A stretch of DNA of 64,000 nucleotides from Malacoraja senta (taxonomy: Eukaryota), in assembly GCA_038087875.1 (NCBI GenBank), contig JAXLNO010000446.1:372001-436000 (forward strand), given 5' to 3'. The translations under genes were made by a program, and so were the position numbers. Below are positions 39,606 through 51,685 of this stretch, in pieces; positions within the stretch are counted from its first letter, which is position 1, and every line of letters starts with the position of its first letter. A model generated the notes under the pieces. The model saw only the letters and a program-made list of their open reading frames with translations, was not told the DNA's origin and did no database searches.

Positions 39606-39805
39606 NNNNNNNNNNNNNNNNNNNNNNNNNNNNNNNNNNNNNNNNNNNNNNNNNNNNNNNNNNNNNNNNNNNNNNNNNNNNNNNNNNNNNNNNNNNNNNN
39701 NNNNNNNNNNNNNNNNNNNNNNNNNNNNNNNNNNNNNNNNNNNNNNNNNNNNNNNNNNNNNNNNNNNNNNNNNNNNNNNNNNNNNNNNNNNNNNNNNNNN
39801 NNNNN
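39606..39805. other. Assembly gap (200 N)
   Basis: Run of exactly 200 N. Confidence 0.99.
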
Positions 39806-40183
39806 AGCCCTATCCAGCTCTCTCTTGAAAGTATCCAGAGAACCTCCACCACCCTCTGAGGCAGAGAATTCTACACTCACAACTCTCTGTGAGAAAAAGT
39901 GTTTCCTCGTCTCCATTCTAAATGCCTTACCCATTATTCTTAAACTGTGGCCCCTGGTTCAGGACTACCCCAACATCAGGAACACGTTTCCTGCCTCTAG
40001 CGTGTCCAAACCCTTAACAATCTTATATGTTTCAATAAGATTCCCTTTCATCCTTCTAAACTCCAGAGTGTACAATCCCAGCCGCTCCATTCTCAGCATA
40101 TGACAGTCCCGCCATCCCGGGAATTAACCTTGTAAACCTACGCTGCACTCCCTCAATAGCAAGAATGTCCTTCCTCAAATTAG
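39806..40183 (-). mobile_element. CR1-type LINE fragment at contig start
   Basis: Near-identical to parts of 9503-9735 and 8538-8672. Confidence 0.85.
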
Positions 40184-40761
40184 GATGTGGATGCAGTTTT
40201 CCTTGAACTGATATGCCCCGTATCATCTAGCCGCCGGGTATGTCTGTGAAATAATCGCACCACCCGTTGGAAAATTTTAATTATTTCTTTACCATGTGCC
40301 TTTTGAGGTGAAAAGGGCAAAGTTTAAAGGAGGGTGTTGCCAGGACTGAAGGGCCTGAACTCCAGGGAGACATTGGGCAGAATAGGACCTTATTCATTGG
40401 AGCGCAGGAGGATGAGGGGTGATCTTATAGACGTGTATAAAATCACGAGGGGAATACATGGAGTCTTTTATTTCCACAATAGGGTAATTACGAAGCAGAA
40501 GACAAAGGTTTATGGTGAGAGGGAATTGATTTAATAGGAGCTGAAGGGCACTTTTTTCACAAAGGGTGGTGGGTGAATGGAGCTAACTTCCAGAGGAGGT
40601 AGTTGGGGCAGGTATCATATCAACATTTAAGACATTTGGACAGGTACATGGATAGTTCAGTTGAGTTTCAGTGGTTTATTGTCACGTGTACCGAGGTACA
40701 GTGAAAACTTTTTTTTGCGCGCTATACAGTCAGCAGAAAGACAATACATAGGAAAGGTTTA

Positions 40762-40897
40762 AGGGCCTGTCCCACTTAGGCGACTCTTTAGCCGATTGCC
40801 AGGGACTAGCTTTAATGGAATTCACCTACGACAACCTACATCACCAAACTTTGTCACCACTGCTGCCGAAAAAAATCACCTAAGTGGGACAGGCCCT
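40762..40897. mobile_element. PIF/Harbinger-type MITE (136 bp)
   Basis: Perfect 19-bp TIR AGGGCCTGTCCCACTTAGG / CCTAAGTGGGACAGGCCCT with TTA on both sides. The empty site restores ggaaaggtttagaggga of the LINE tail. Confidence 0.88.
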
Positions 40898-42242
40898 TTA
40901 GAGGGACAGGGGCCAAATGTGGGCAGGTGAGACTACTGTCGATGGGGCATCTTGGTCAGCGTGGACAAGTTGGGCAGAAGGGCCTGTTCCCGTGCTGTAT
41001 GACTCTACAACAGTTTTTTGCTGCAAGTGAATGCCTTTCCCAAAAGTAACATCATTCTGTTAAATTCCTTGCATCCGAGGGAAATAATATGCATTTTTCA
41101 TAGGTTTTCTTTCATAACACAGTAAAAATAATGAGCGCTAACAGTCTCCTTTGTGCCAGATTGCAACGTTACACCTCTGCCTGTAAGGTATTATTATTCA
41201 ACATTGAACTTCAGCCAATTTTTCTTTGAAAATAAAAGTGATTGAATGTCACAGCACTTGGACCGACTACAAATCAACAAATGGCAAAAGAGGCACACTA
41301 GTTTAGTTTAGAGATTCAGGGTGGAAACAGGCCCTTCGGCCCACTGGATCATCCCGTGACCAGCACTCACCCTGCACACTCGCACTATCCTACCCACTAG
41401 CGACCATTTATAATTAACCTACGAAGCAGCACCCTTGTAGTGTGGGAGGAAACTGGTGGGTGAATGGAAATAGCTTCCAGAGGAGATACGCTGAGGAAAC
41501 CCACGCAGTCACGGGGAGAACATACAAACTCCGTACAGACAACACCCGTAGTCGGGATTGATCCCAGGTCTCTGGCGCTGCGAGGCAGCAACTCTACCGC
41601 TGCACCACTGTGCTGCCCATCCCACTAATCCACTGTGTAATCTGAATGTCAGAGTTAACCTGCACTCCATTTCAATCATCCCCCACAACTCTTCTTGCTT
41701 ATGCTTCAAGATTTAAGAGCCAGAATAGACTAGAATAAACAAAGTGATATGGTGGATACCAAGGGGTGAAATAGCCTGCTCCAAATCCCAGCATCAGATA
41801 ACTACACAAAAGCTTTCTCCAGATGCCAAGTGGCTTATCTCAAACTGACTTGCTCTTGTGATAACACACTCTACCGACAAGACGAAGGAGAAAATTATTG
41901 GAATTCCAACACAAGTCATTGTCAGCATCTTACAAGCTACCGCAAGCTACTGGAACATAGATCGGTACAGCACGGACACAGGCCCAGCAGCCCAAACTCG
42001 CCCATGGTCCAACAAGCCCCATCCACGCTAGATTCAGTCATTGAGTCAAACAGCACTGCAACACGGCCTTTGGCCCACACTGCCCATGCTGACTAAAGTG
42101 CCCCATCTACACTACACCCATTTGTCCCATATTCCTCTAAATCTTTCCTATTCATGTACCTGCCCAAATGCCTTTTAACTGTTACCACAATACTTTCCTC
42201 AACTACCTCCGGTGGCAGCTCATTCCATATGCACATCTAGCG

Positions 42243-42594
42243 ATGCTGGCTGACCCGTTGAGTTACTCCAGCACTCTGTGATACATCACCTATCCATGTT
42301 CTCCACAGATGCTGCCTGACCCGCTGAGTTACTCCAGCACTCTGTGATACATCACCTATCCATGTTCTCCACAGATGCTGCCTGACCCGTTGAGTTACTC
42401 CAGCACTCTGTGATACATCACCTATCCATGTTCTCCACAGATGCTGCCTGACCCGCTGAGTTACTCCAGCACTTTGTGAAACGTCACCTATCCATGTTCT
42501 CTACAGATGCTGCCTGACCCGCTGAGTTACTCCAGCACTCTGTGAAACGTCACCTATCCATGTTCTCTACAGATGCTGCCTGACCCGCTGAGTT
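42243..42594 (-). repeat. 66-bp tandem array
   Basis: About 5 units, just beyond the SPCS3 3' UTR. Confidence 0.95.
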
Positions 42595-42599
42595 TGCTT

Positions 42600-43611
42600 T
42601 TGTGTTTGCTTTTTTAAAAACCCTTCGAACATCATCGCCCGCCCATGTTATGTTAGTAACCATAAAATGAACACACCACGAGGAGGATTCCATGTATTCT
42701 GTTCCACAGAATATGCACATTGCTGTATTTTATATTACCATTCACAGTAATTATAAAAGCAAATGTGCTGCAAGGTACAAGCAAGGCTCGGTCTCCAGCA
42801 GAGGACGTCTCCAAAACACTTGGTATAAATACTCATGCTTCAATTCACTGTGTGTGTGTTTTAAAGGTACAGCAAATAATAAAGCCAGAACAAACCATAA
42901 TCAATGCTAAGATGGAACAAGCTTGCTGACATTAGAGGAATGGGATGGGATTCTTCTGCATAGAAAATAAAATCTTGCAATGAGCATAGTAAATGTCATG
43001 ACTAAGGCTTTAGCAGTTGGAGGGGGAATTAAGTAGCATAATTAATAAGGAGACCATCATTTTCTTCAATGATACAAAGAGAGTGAAGTGACCTTTAGAT
43101 TCAGGGCAGACACAGCAGGGTAGTTCACACAGGGTTTGTCCTCAGTACCATCAGACTGCTGTTGCAGGCAATGTATAATGTAGAAATAAATGATTTAAAA
43201 AAGACTAAAGATATGGCAGTCATAGTACAATCCGTACATTGCCAGTGTCAGGGTACAGCAAGACACCTTATGGACGGGGGGGGGGGGGGGGGGGATTTCC
43301 CAGGGATCGGGCAACATCTTCGCATGTGGAGAGAACGGTTTGTCTGCTCATCCCAAATATTCCAACACATCATAGAAGGGGTTCAAATCCAAACTCAAAG
43401 AGAGACAATTACAAAGCAACATTTCCTGTGCGCCCTTTAGAAAAGAATACAAAAACAGTCACCCATTTTTAATTTCAATCGGGGCAATATTCAGATTGTT
43501 TCACCCCAGCCACGCAGACATGATACTTGGATATAAAAATACCTTCTGAGTTATCAGCTTCAAATTACAATTACAGTAAAAGGGACTATCACAAAGGAAA
43601 GAGTCAAGTGT
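42600..43611 (-). other. SPCS3: Probable SPCS3 3' UTR
   Basis: About 1 kb of repeat-free AT-rich sequence right after the stop codon. Candidate ATTAAA at 43473-43468. The true 3' end cannot be determined. Confidence 0.55.
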
Positions 43612-43744
43612 TCAGTAGCTTTTGGTCATCTCGTAGGATTGTGGGAATGCTGCTGAGTAGTGTCCTGAGCCCATGATGAGAGGCAGGATGCCGGCATTGG
43701 GGACCACGTTCCACGACAGCGACACGGTGATGTTCTCATTACCC
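43612..43744 (-). CDS. SPCS3: Signal peptidase complex subunit 3, last coding exon (exon 5)
   Basis: Acceptor ttttcag|, encodes GNENITVSLSWNVVPNAGILPLIMGSGHYSAAFPQSYEMTKSY then TGA. Exon phases 2-5 join in one open frame. Confidence 0.96.
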
Positions 43745-43809
43745 CTGAAAACAGAGAGCACCACGGATCAGTTTTACAGCCAGACAACCACTCACATACA
43801 GATGATTAG

Positions 43810-44790
43810 AGTCATACAACCTTAGTGTGGAAACAGGCCCTTCAGCCCAACTTGCCCACACGTCCCATTTACACTAATCCCACATCCCTCTAAACCTGTC
43901 CTATCCATGAACCTGCCTCAATGCTTCTTAAACGTTGCATTAGGTCTAGCCTCAACGACCTCTTCCGCCAGCTCATTCCATACACCCACCACACCCTGTG
44001 TGCAAATGTTATCCCTCAAGTTCCTATTTCATCTTTCCCCCCTCACCTTAAATCCACGTCCTCTTGTTCTTGATACCCCCCTACTCTGGGTAACAGACTC
44101 TGTGCATCTACCCGATCTATTCCTCTCATGATTTTATACACCTCTAAAAGATCACCCCTCATCCTCCTGCGCTCCATGGAATAGAGACGCAGCCTGCTCA
44201 ACCTCTCCCTGTAGCTCACACCCTCTAGACCTGACAACGTCCTCGTAAATCTTCACACTTCCCAGCTTGACATCCTGTTGGTGCCCAAAACTGACCCCAA
44301 TATTCTAAACGCTGCCTCACTGATGTCTGATACAACTGCAACATGGCCTGACAGCGTCTATACTCAATGCTCTGACTGATGACGGGTAATTTTGACCACC
44401 CTATCTACCTGTGATGCCACTTAACAAACTAAGCACCTGCACTCCTAGATCCCTCTGCTCTACAACACTCCCCAGAGGCAACATTCACTGTGTAGGTCCT
44501 GGCCATGTTAAACTCCCCAAAATGCAACACCTCACATTTCTCTGTATTAAATTCCATCAACCATTCCTCAGCCCACCTGGCCAATCGATCCAGATCCTGC
44601 TGAAATTTTTGATCAGCAAACTTGCTAATCTTGCCCTGTATGTTCTCATCCAAATCATTGATGTAGATGACAAACAGTAACGGGCCCAGCACCGAACCCT
44701 GAGGCACACCACTAGTCACAGGCCTCCAGTCTGAGAAGCAACCTTCCACCACCACCCTCTGCTTCCTTCCATGAAGATAATTATCCATCC
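43810..44790 (-). mobile_element. Decayed CR1-type LINE 3' fragment in SPCS3 intron 4
   Basis: ORF 44429-44788 with [24 protein letters not shown]...KFAD, plus the tail sequence. Confidence 0.88.
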
Positions 44791-45213
44791 ATCCCTCATG
44801 ACAGAACCGTTAACACAATCAGTATACTGCTCACTCAAGCCCTTTTACTCACCAATCAACACTGGGTCCCAAACCAATAACACATTTTAGGTAACCTCGA
44901 ACACCCCACCATTTCTCCCCCACACCCCACCCCCTTTCTACTCTCTCCTCACCCCCCTCTGCGTCCCATCTGGACTGCCACCTATTGCACCCCTACTTTC
45001 CTCCCTCTGGCTTCAAAACCCGCAACTCTTCAAACCCGTCTCATGTTGTTTTTACCTCTGGTCTTTATTGTAACCAATAACCCTCCCTCACCTGTGATGA
45101 CCTATTCCCTGCCACACGTTGTCCTGCCTCTCGTCTTCTCCAGCGATCTTCTCCTCCTCCCCCCTCCCCCCTCCTCCCTTAAATCTGAAGGGTCTTGACT
45201 GAATCATCACCAA

Positions 45214-45728
45214 TCCATGTTCTCCACAGATGCTGCCTGACCCACTGAGTTACTCCAGCACTCTGTGAAACGTCACCTATCCATGTTCTCCACAGATGCT
45301 GCCTGACCCGCTGAGTTACTCCAGCACTCTGTGAAACGTCACCTATCCATGTTCTCCACAGATGCTGCCTGACCCGCTGAGTTACTCCAGCACTCTGTGA
45401 AACGTCACCTATCCATGTTCTCCACAGATGCTGCCTGACCCACTGAGTTACTCCAGCACTCTGTGAAACGTCACCTATCCATGTTCTCCACAGTTGCTGC
45501 CTGACCCGCTGAGTTACTCCAGCACTCTGTGAAACGTCACCTATCCATGTTCTCCACAGTTGCTGCCTGACCCGCTGAGTTACTCCAGCACTCTGTGAAA
45601 CGTCACCTATCCATGTTCTCCACAGATGCTGCCTGACCCGCTGAGTTACTCCAGCACTCTGTGAAACGTCACCTATCCATGTTCTCCACAGATGCTGCCT
45701 GACCCGCTGAGTTATTCCAGCACTCTGT
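45214..45728 (-). repeat. 66-bp tandem array in SPCS3 intron 4
   Basis: About 8 units, preceded by a degenerate Penelope-like tail. Confidence 0.95.
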
Positions 45729-48700
45729 ATGTACTTTTGTGTATTAACCAGTATCTGCAGTTTGTTCTAACACTTTGACTTCACACTTCTTGTGTTGAGG
45801 GTCAAGTTTGTTATCGTCAATTGTACTGTGGACCAGTGAACAGCTTTGTTTTACACGCTATCCAACCAGATCAGATGCCATACAAGTAGATACAATGGAG
45901 TCAAACTCAAGTACAAGAAACAGAGCAAAGGGGAAGAAACAGAGTGCAGAATATAGTTGTCAGCATTGTAGAATATTCTGATGTGATTGTCAAATGTTCT
46001 CATGATGGCACCGTGTGGCAGATGGTCGAGCCGTTGCTTCACAGCATCATAGAGCCGGGTGTTGTGTGGAGTTGCACATTCTTTATATGAACTACTATAT
46101 GGAGTTTGCACATTCTCCCTGTTTGAGCAGCACAGTGGTGCAGCGGTAGAGTTGCTGCCTCACAGCACCAGAGACATGGGTTCAATCCCGACTACAGGTG
46201 CTGTCTGTAGAGTTTGTACGTTCTCTCTGTGACCACGTGGGTTTTCTCCGAGATCTTCGGTTTCATCCCACACAGACGTACAGGTTTGTAGGTCAATTGG
46301 TGTAAGTGTAAATTGTTCCTAGTGTGTGTAGGATAGTGTTAAAGTGCGGGGATCGATGGTCGGCACGGACTCAGTAGGCCGAAGGGCCTGTTTCCACCCT
46401 GTATCTCTAAACTAAACTAGACCGCGAGGGTTTCTTTTTGCTGGTCATAAGGTCATAGGTTCTAGGAGCAGAATTAGGCCATTCGGCCCATCAAGTCTAC
46501 TCCGCCATTCAATCATGGCTGATCTATCTCTCCCTCTCAACCCCATTCTCCTACCTTTTCTCCATAACCCCCGACACCCATACTAATCAAGAATCTGTCA
46601 ATCTCCACTTTTAAAATGGCCATTGACGGCCTCCACAACCGTCTGTGGCAAAGTTTACCTCCCACACCCCACAAGAGGCACAGCTTGGCAGGTTAGTTGG
46701 CCCCAGTGGATAGGTGAGAGGTAGAATCAGGGGGAGACTGCAGGAATTTGGGGAGAATGGGATTAGTGTAGGATCAGTGTAAGTGGGTCAGCATGGACAT
46801 GGATGGGGGAAGGGCCTGTCTTCGTGCTGCAACACTGACATTAACCGACCATCCTCTATTTTACAGAGGTTTGCCTCCAACAAGTTATCCCGTGTATTCC
46901 AGACTTTCTTCACTGCAAAGTGCTGGCTTAATGTCTCCAACCTCTCGCCACTTCAAGGCCCATTCCCTGATGAAGGCTTGGTCACCCGCCCCAAAGTAGT
47001 TACACTCTACAGATACACCCTGGCCAAGTCAATGGGATGTTTAAGGCGGAGGGAGACTGAGAGTTTCTTGATCAGTACGGGTGTCAGGGGTTATGGGGAG
47101 AAGGCAGGAGAATGGGGTTAGGATGGAGAAATAGATCATGATCATTGAATGGCAGAGTAGACTTGATGGGCCGAATGGCCTCATTCTACCCCTGGAACCT
47201 ATGAACATACAGATCATTGCTGAAATGTACAGATTATGCAAAGGTTCACCGTTTACTGGAGTTGCAAAATAAATAGTCACGGTTTAATACACATGACCAA
47301 CACACAGGGAACATGCATCCAACACGTCAACAGCTAGCAGGAAGAAAATTATTACGTGGTATCAGGAGGGCCTTGGTTCAGCATATGTTAACCAACTGCT
47401 GGAGCTGCTCAGAAAGGAGGTTTCATAAGCTCAACATTGACACCTGGGGACTCTTCATGGTACTGCGGGCATCAATCTGTTTTTTCTCTCTATAAAATGC
47501 TGGAGTGTCAGGCAGCATTACTGGAGAACAAGGATAGGTGACGTATCGAGTCGGGACCCTTCCTCAGGCTCAGTTCTGAACTCCTTGGCTATTAGCTCCC
47601 TTCAAGCAAAGGCACTGTGATGTATGCAAGATGCCAGACGTCTGGTGGCAAGATGCACACATTCCCCACGTCAGTAGTCAACAGAGAGGTCAAGCTGTGG
47701 AAATTGGGGGGTGAACAACCTCAGAAGATGCAACATCTCTGCACGTTGTCCCTGTGACCAGGTGGATTCCTCTGGTTTCCACCCACATCCCAAAGACGTG
47801 CGTGTTTATCGGTTCATTGTCCTGTGTATATTGCCCCTAGTGTGTAGGGAGTGGATGAGAACGTGGGATACCATAGAACTGATGTACAGGGGTGAGCGAT
47901 GGTCGGGGTGGACTCAGTGGTCCTCAGGGCCTTTTCCCTGCTGTATCTTCCAATCATTGTACCGTGAGGTGCGCGGCAATAACGCTGAGTGCTGGGTCCC
48001 AACGTCAGTCACCCAGACATCCTCGTGTTATCATAGATCTCTAACACGATGAACGATGGCAGCACAAGAGCCAAGCAATGTTAGTGTTAAACCTAAAGCA
48101 CAGCATTTAAATGCTTAAACTGTGTAGTGTAAAAACACAATCTTACAATATCCATTGCACTTCTTTGGGTAATTTAGTGAAAGATAAACTTGAAGTAAAG
48201 TTTTCCAAATTCGTGAACTAATTCTAGGTGTAACTAACAAAGACCAAGAACATAGATCAGCACAGCACAGGAACAGGCCCTTCAGCCCACTACGTCTGTG
48301 CCCAACATGATGCTTTCAAGAGAGAGCTAGATAGGGCTCTTAAAGATAGCGGAGTTAGGGGATATGGGGAGAAGGCAGGCATGGGGTACTGATTGTGGAT
48401 GATCAGATTGAATGGCGGTACTGGCTCGAAGGGCTGAATGGCCTACTCCTGCACCTATTGTCTATTGATACCAAGACCATCTCTCACCTGCCTGCAAATA
48501 TCCCTGCATATCCTTGTGGCCATCCACAAGCCTCTTAAACACCACGATCGCACCTGACTCCACCACCATCCCTGCAGCGCATTCCAGGCACCCTTCACCC
48601 TCTATGTAACATATATTTGCCCTGTACATCTCCTTTAAACTTTGCCTCTCTCACCTTAAAGCTACACCCTCTAATATTTGATTTTTCCATCACAGGAATA

Positions 48701-49189
48701 AAGATTCTGGCCATCTACCCACCTGTGCCGCTCATCATTTTATATATTTCTATCAGGTCTCCCTGCAAACTCGAGCGTTCCAGAGAAAACAATCTAAATG
48801 TGTCCTACCTCTCCGTATAACTAATCCCGGCAGCATTCTGGTAATCCTCCTCTGCACCCTCTCCAAAGCCCCCACATCCTTACTGTAATGGGACGACCAG
48901 AACTGCACGCAATACTCCAAATACAGCCTTGGTAAAGTTCTATAAAGCTGCATCGTGACTCCCTGACTCGTACTCAGACAAGCTTATTCTCATGATTTAA
49001 TGTTTCTGGGGAGGATTGAGTGAGAGGGACCTGACTACAACCCTGTTTTACTCCCCACCCTTCAACCAAGTTACGATACACACTCCGGGGATTGACGATT
49101 GTATTCATACATTCAGTAATTCACAGCAACTAATCATATCAAAAGGAACCTTAAAATGCCAACCACTGACATGGCCCAGAGAACACACG

Positions 49190-49810
49190 TATGCCTCGAC
49201 TTCCTTAGAAGGCGTAGGAAGTTTGGCATGACCCCGACAACTTTCACCCTCCACCACAGATGCGACGTAGAAAGCATTTTATCAGGATGCATCACAGCTC
49301 GGGTTGGGAACAGCTCCATCCAAGACCGCAAGAAATTGCAGTGAATTTTAGTCGCAGCCCAGACCATAACACAAACCAACCTCCCTTCCATTGACTCCAT
49401 CTACACCTCACGCTGCCTCGGCAAGGCCAGCAGCATAATCAAGGACCAGTCGCACCCTGGCCACTCCCTCTTCTCCCCTCTCCCATCAGGTAAGAGGTAC
49501 AGAAGTGTGAAAACAAACGCACACCTCCAGATTCAGGGACAGTTTCTTCCCCGCTGCTATCAGGCAACTGAACCATGCTACCAACAACTATAGAGCTGTC
49601 CTGAACTACTATCCACCTTATCAGGGACCCTCAGACTATCTTTACTGCCTTTATCTTGCACCAAATGCTATTCACGTTATTCCCTTCATCATGTATCTGT
49701 ACACCGTGGATGGCTCAATTGTAATCATGTATTGTCTTTCCGCTGACTGGTTAGCACGCAACAAAAGCTTGTCACTGTACCTCGGTACACGTGACACTAA
49801 ACTAAACTCA
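49190..49810 (+). mobile_element. Decayed Rex-Babar-like LINE 3' fragment
   Basis: FLRRRRKFGM...ESILSGCITA and PSGKRYRSVKT...RDSFFP motifs. Shorter relatives at about 4255-4476, 4905-5230, 21610-21950 (-) and 63660-63865. Confidence 0.8.
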
Positions 49811-50612
49811 AATTCAGTACTAAATCAATACATGTCTTGCTTTAAGCAAGAGTAATATGCTGTCCATTTATCATTTGTTAAGTTCCACACTAAATGTTAG
49901 TGCAAATTAATGCCAATGAATAAATGACAAATGATCAGCCATGATCACATTGAATGGCGGTGCTGGCTCAAAGGGCCGAATGGCCTACTCCTGCACCTAT
50001 TGTCTATAAATATTTGAACATCAGAATAAAAGGGCTTTTCTTGTTTGCCCTGTGGCCGTTACAAATCCACGTCTTTAGAAGTGGCCAGATGTAATAATCA
50101 GATGGTGCCAGGTCTCACATGACTTCGTTAGGAGAGTGTTCGCTAGTCAAAAAACTGTAGGTTCCCTTTCAGAGAATGGGAGCACAGAATTCCAGAACAG
50201 CACACAGTGAGTGTTGTAATCCCACACAAGCCAGCATCTGAACCATCAATCACTGAGGTACCACCTTGTCTGCTAATATAATGTATTTATAAATCCATGT
50301 TTCAAGTCTCACGTCTGCCTGCTTCTGTGTCAAGTTATTCATTTCATCTCACACTGTGATCACTCTATCACACGATGCAGGCAGCATTCAAACCCCTAGT
50401 TTAAGAAGGAACTGCAGATGCTGGAAAATCGAAGGTAGACAAAAATGCTGGAGAAACTCAGTGGGTGAGTCAGCATCTATGGAGGGAAGGAAATAGGCAA
50501 CGTTTTGGGTCGAAACCCTTCTTCAAACCCCTAGAATGGTTTACTGTGAGGTTAATTAAAGTTGCTTCATTAAGGAAAAAGTTCAGTGGATAAACGAGGG
50601 TATATTGTTTAC

Positions 50613-50728
50613 CTCAGGCCGTTTCCATCATCAAAGAAGAAATACTTTGACTTCACGTCTTTCATTTCCAGCTTTGTTTGGTCGCCACGAAGTACAATCT
50701 TGTCCCAGAGAACAACCTGGTTCAATGC
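50613..50728 (-). CDS. SPCS3: Signal peptidase complex subunit 3, exon 4
   Basis: 116 nt, acceptor aaacag|, encodes [38 protein letters not shown](R), donor |gtaaac. Confidence 0.97.
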
Positions 50729-51608
50729 CTGTTTACAACAAGAGTTAACATCACTGGAATGCAGAAAACCAGTTGCAGCACTACACACATAACACAGACC
50801 TTCAGCTGCTGGGAATCTAGAAAATACATTGCTGCAAAATGCTGCATCAATATCTATGCGGACAATAGCTTGAACATTATTAACAAAGTGGGTAGAATAT
50901 AGACAGTGAAGATGGTTATCATACATGCCAGCAGGACCTTGATCAGCTGGGCAAGCAGGCCAAGGAATGGTTAATGGAGTTTCATGCAGATAAATGCTAG
51001 GCGTTGTATTTTGGGAAGTCTAACCAGGGGAAGTTCTTCACACTAAATGTCAGGGACTTGGGGAGTGTTAGCAGTTAGTGTGGCACGATGGCATAGCTGC
51101 TGCCTCACAGCGCCACAGACCCGGGTTTGATCCTTGAACTTTTTCTTTATTCGCTTCCCCCGTTATGTACTATGTTTACATATTCACATCTTCTGTTGTG
51201 CTGCAGCAAGTAAGTATTTCATTGTCCCATCTGGGACAATAAAACACTCTTGACTCGACTACGAGTGCTATCTGTACGGAGTTTGTACCTTCTCCCCCTG
51301 GGTTTTCTCCGAGATTGTCTGTTTCCTCCCACACTCCAATGAAGTACAGGTTTGTAGATTAATTGGCTTGGTATAAATGTAAAATGATCACTAGTGTGTG
51401 TAGGATAGTGTTAGTGTGCGGGGATCGCTGGCCAGCACGGACTCGGTGGCCGAAGGGCCTGAATCCGCGCTGTAGCTCTAAACTAAACACATAAATACTC
51501 CAAAAGTGGCCTGATCAAAGTCCTATAAAGCTGCATCATAACTTGCTGCCTGCTGCGCTGAATATCTCAACCAATGAAGGCCTTCTCTGCCATAGAGATC
51601 ATACTTAC

Positions 51609-51685
51609 ATTATTTCTTGTTTTGTACTCTGCTGATAAATAAAGGAACAGCTGCTTGACATTCCAGTCAAAGATCGGCTTCAGAT
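51609..51685 (-). CDS. SPCS3: Signal peptidase complex subunit 3, exon 3
   Basis: 77 nt, acceptor ttctAC|, encodes (D)LKPIFDWNVKQLFLYLSAEYKTRNN, donor |gtaagt. Confidence 0.96.

Noticed and set aside
14030..45728. 66-bp, 78-bp and 30/32-bp arrays as CRISPR arrays
   Set aside because: Head-to-tail units without unique spacers, no cas genes, vertebrate context.
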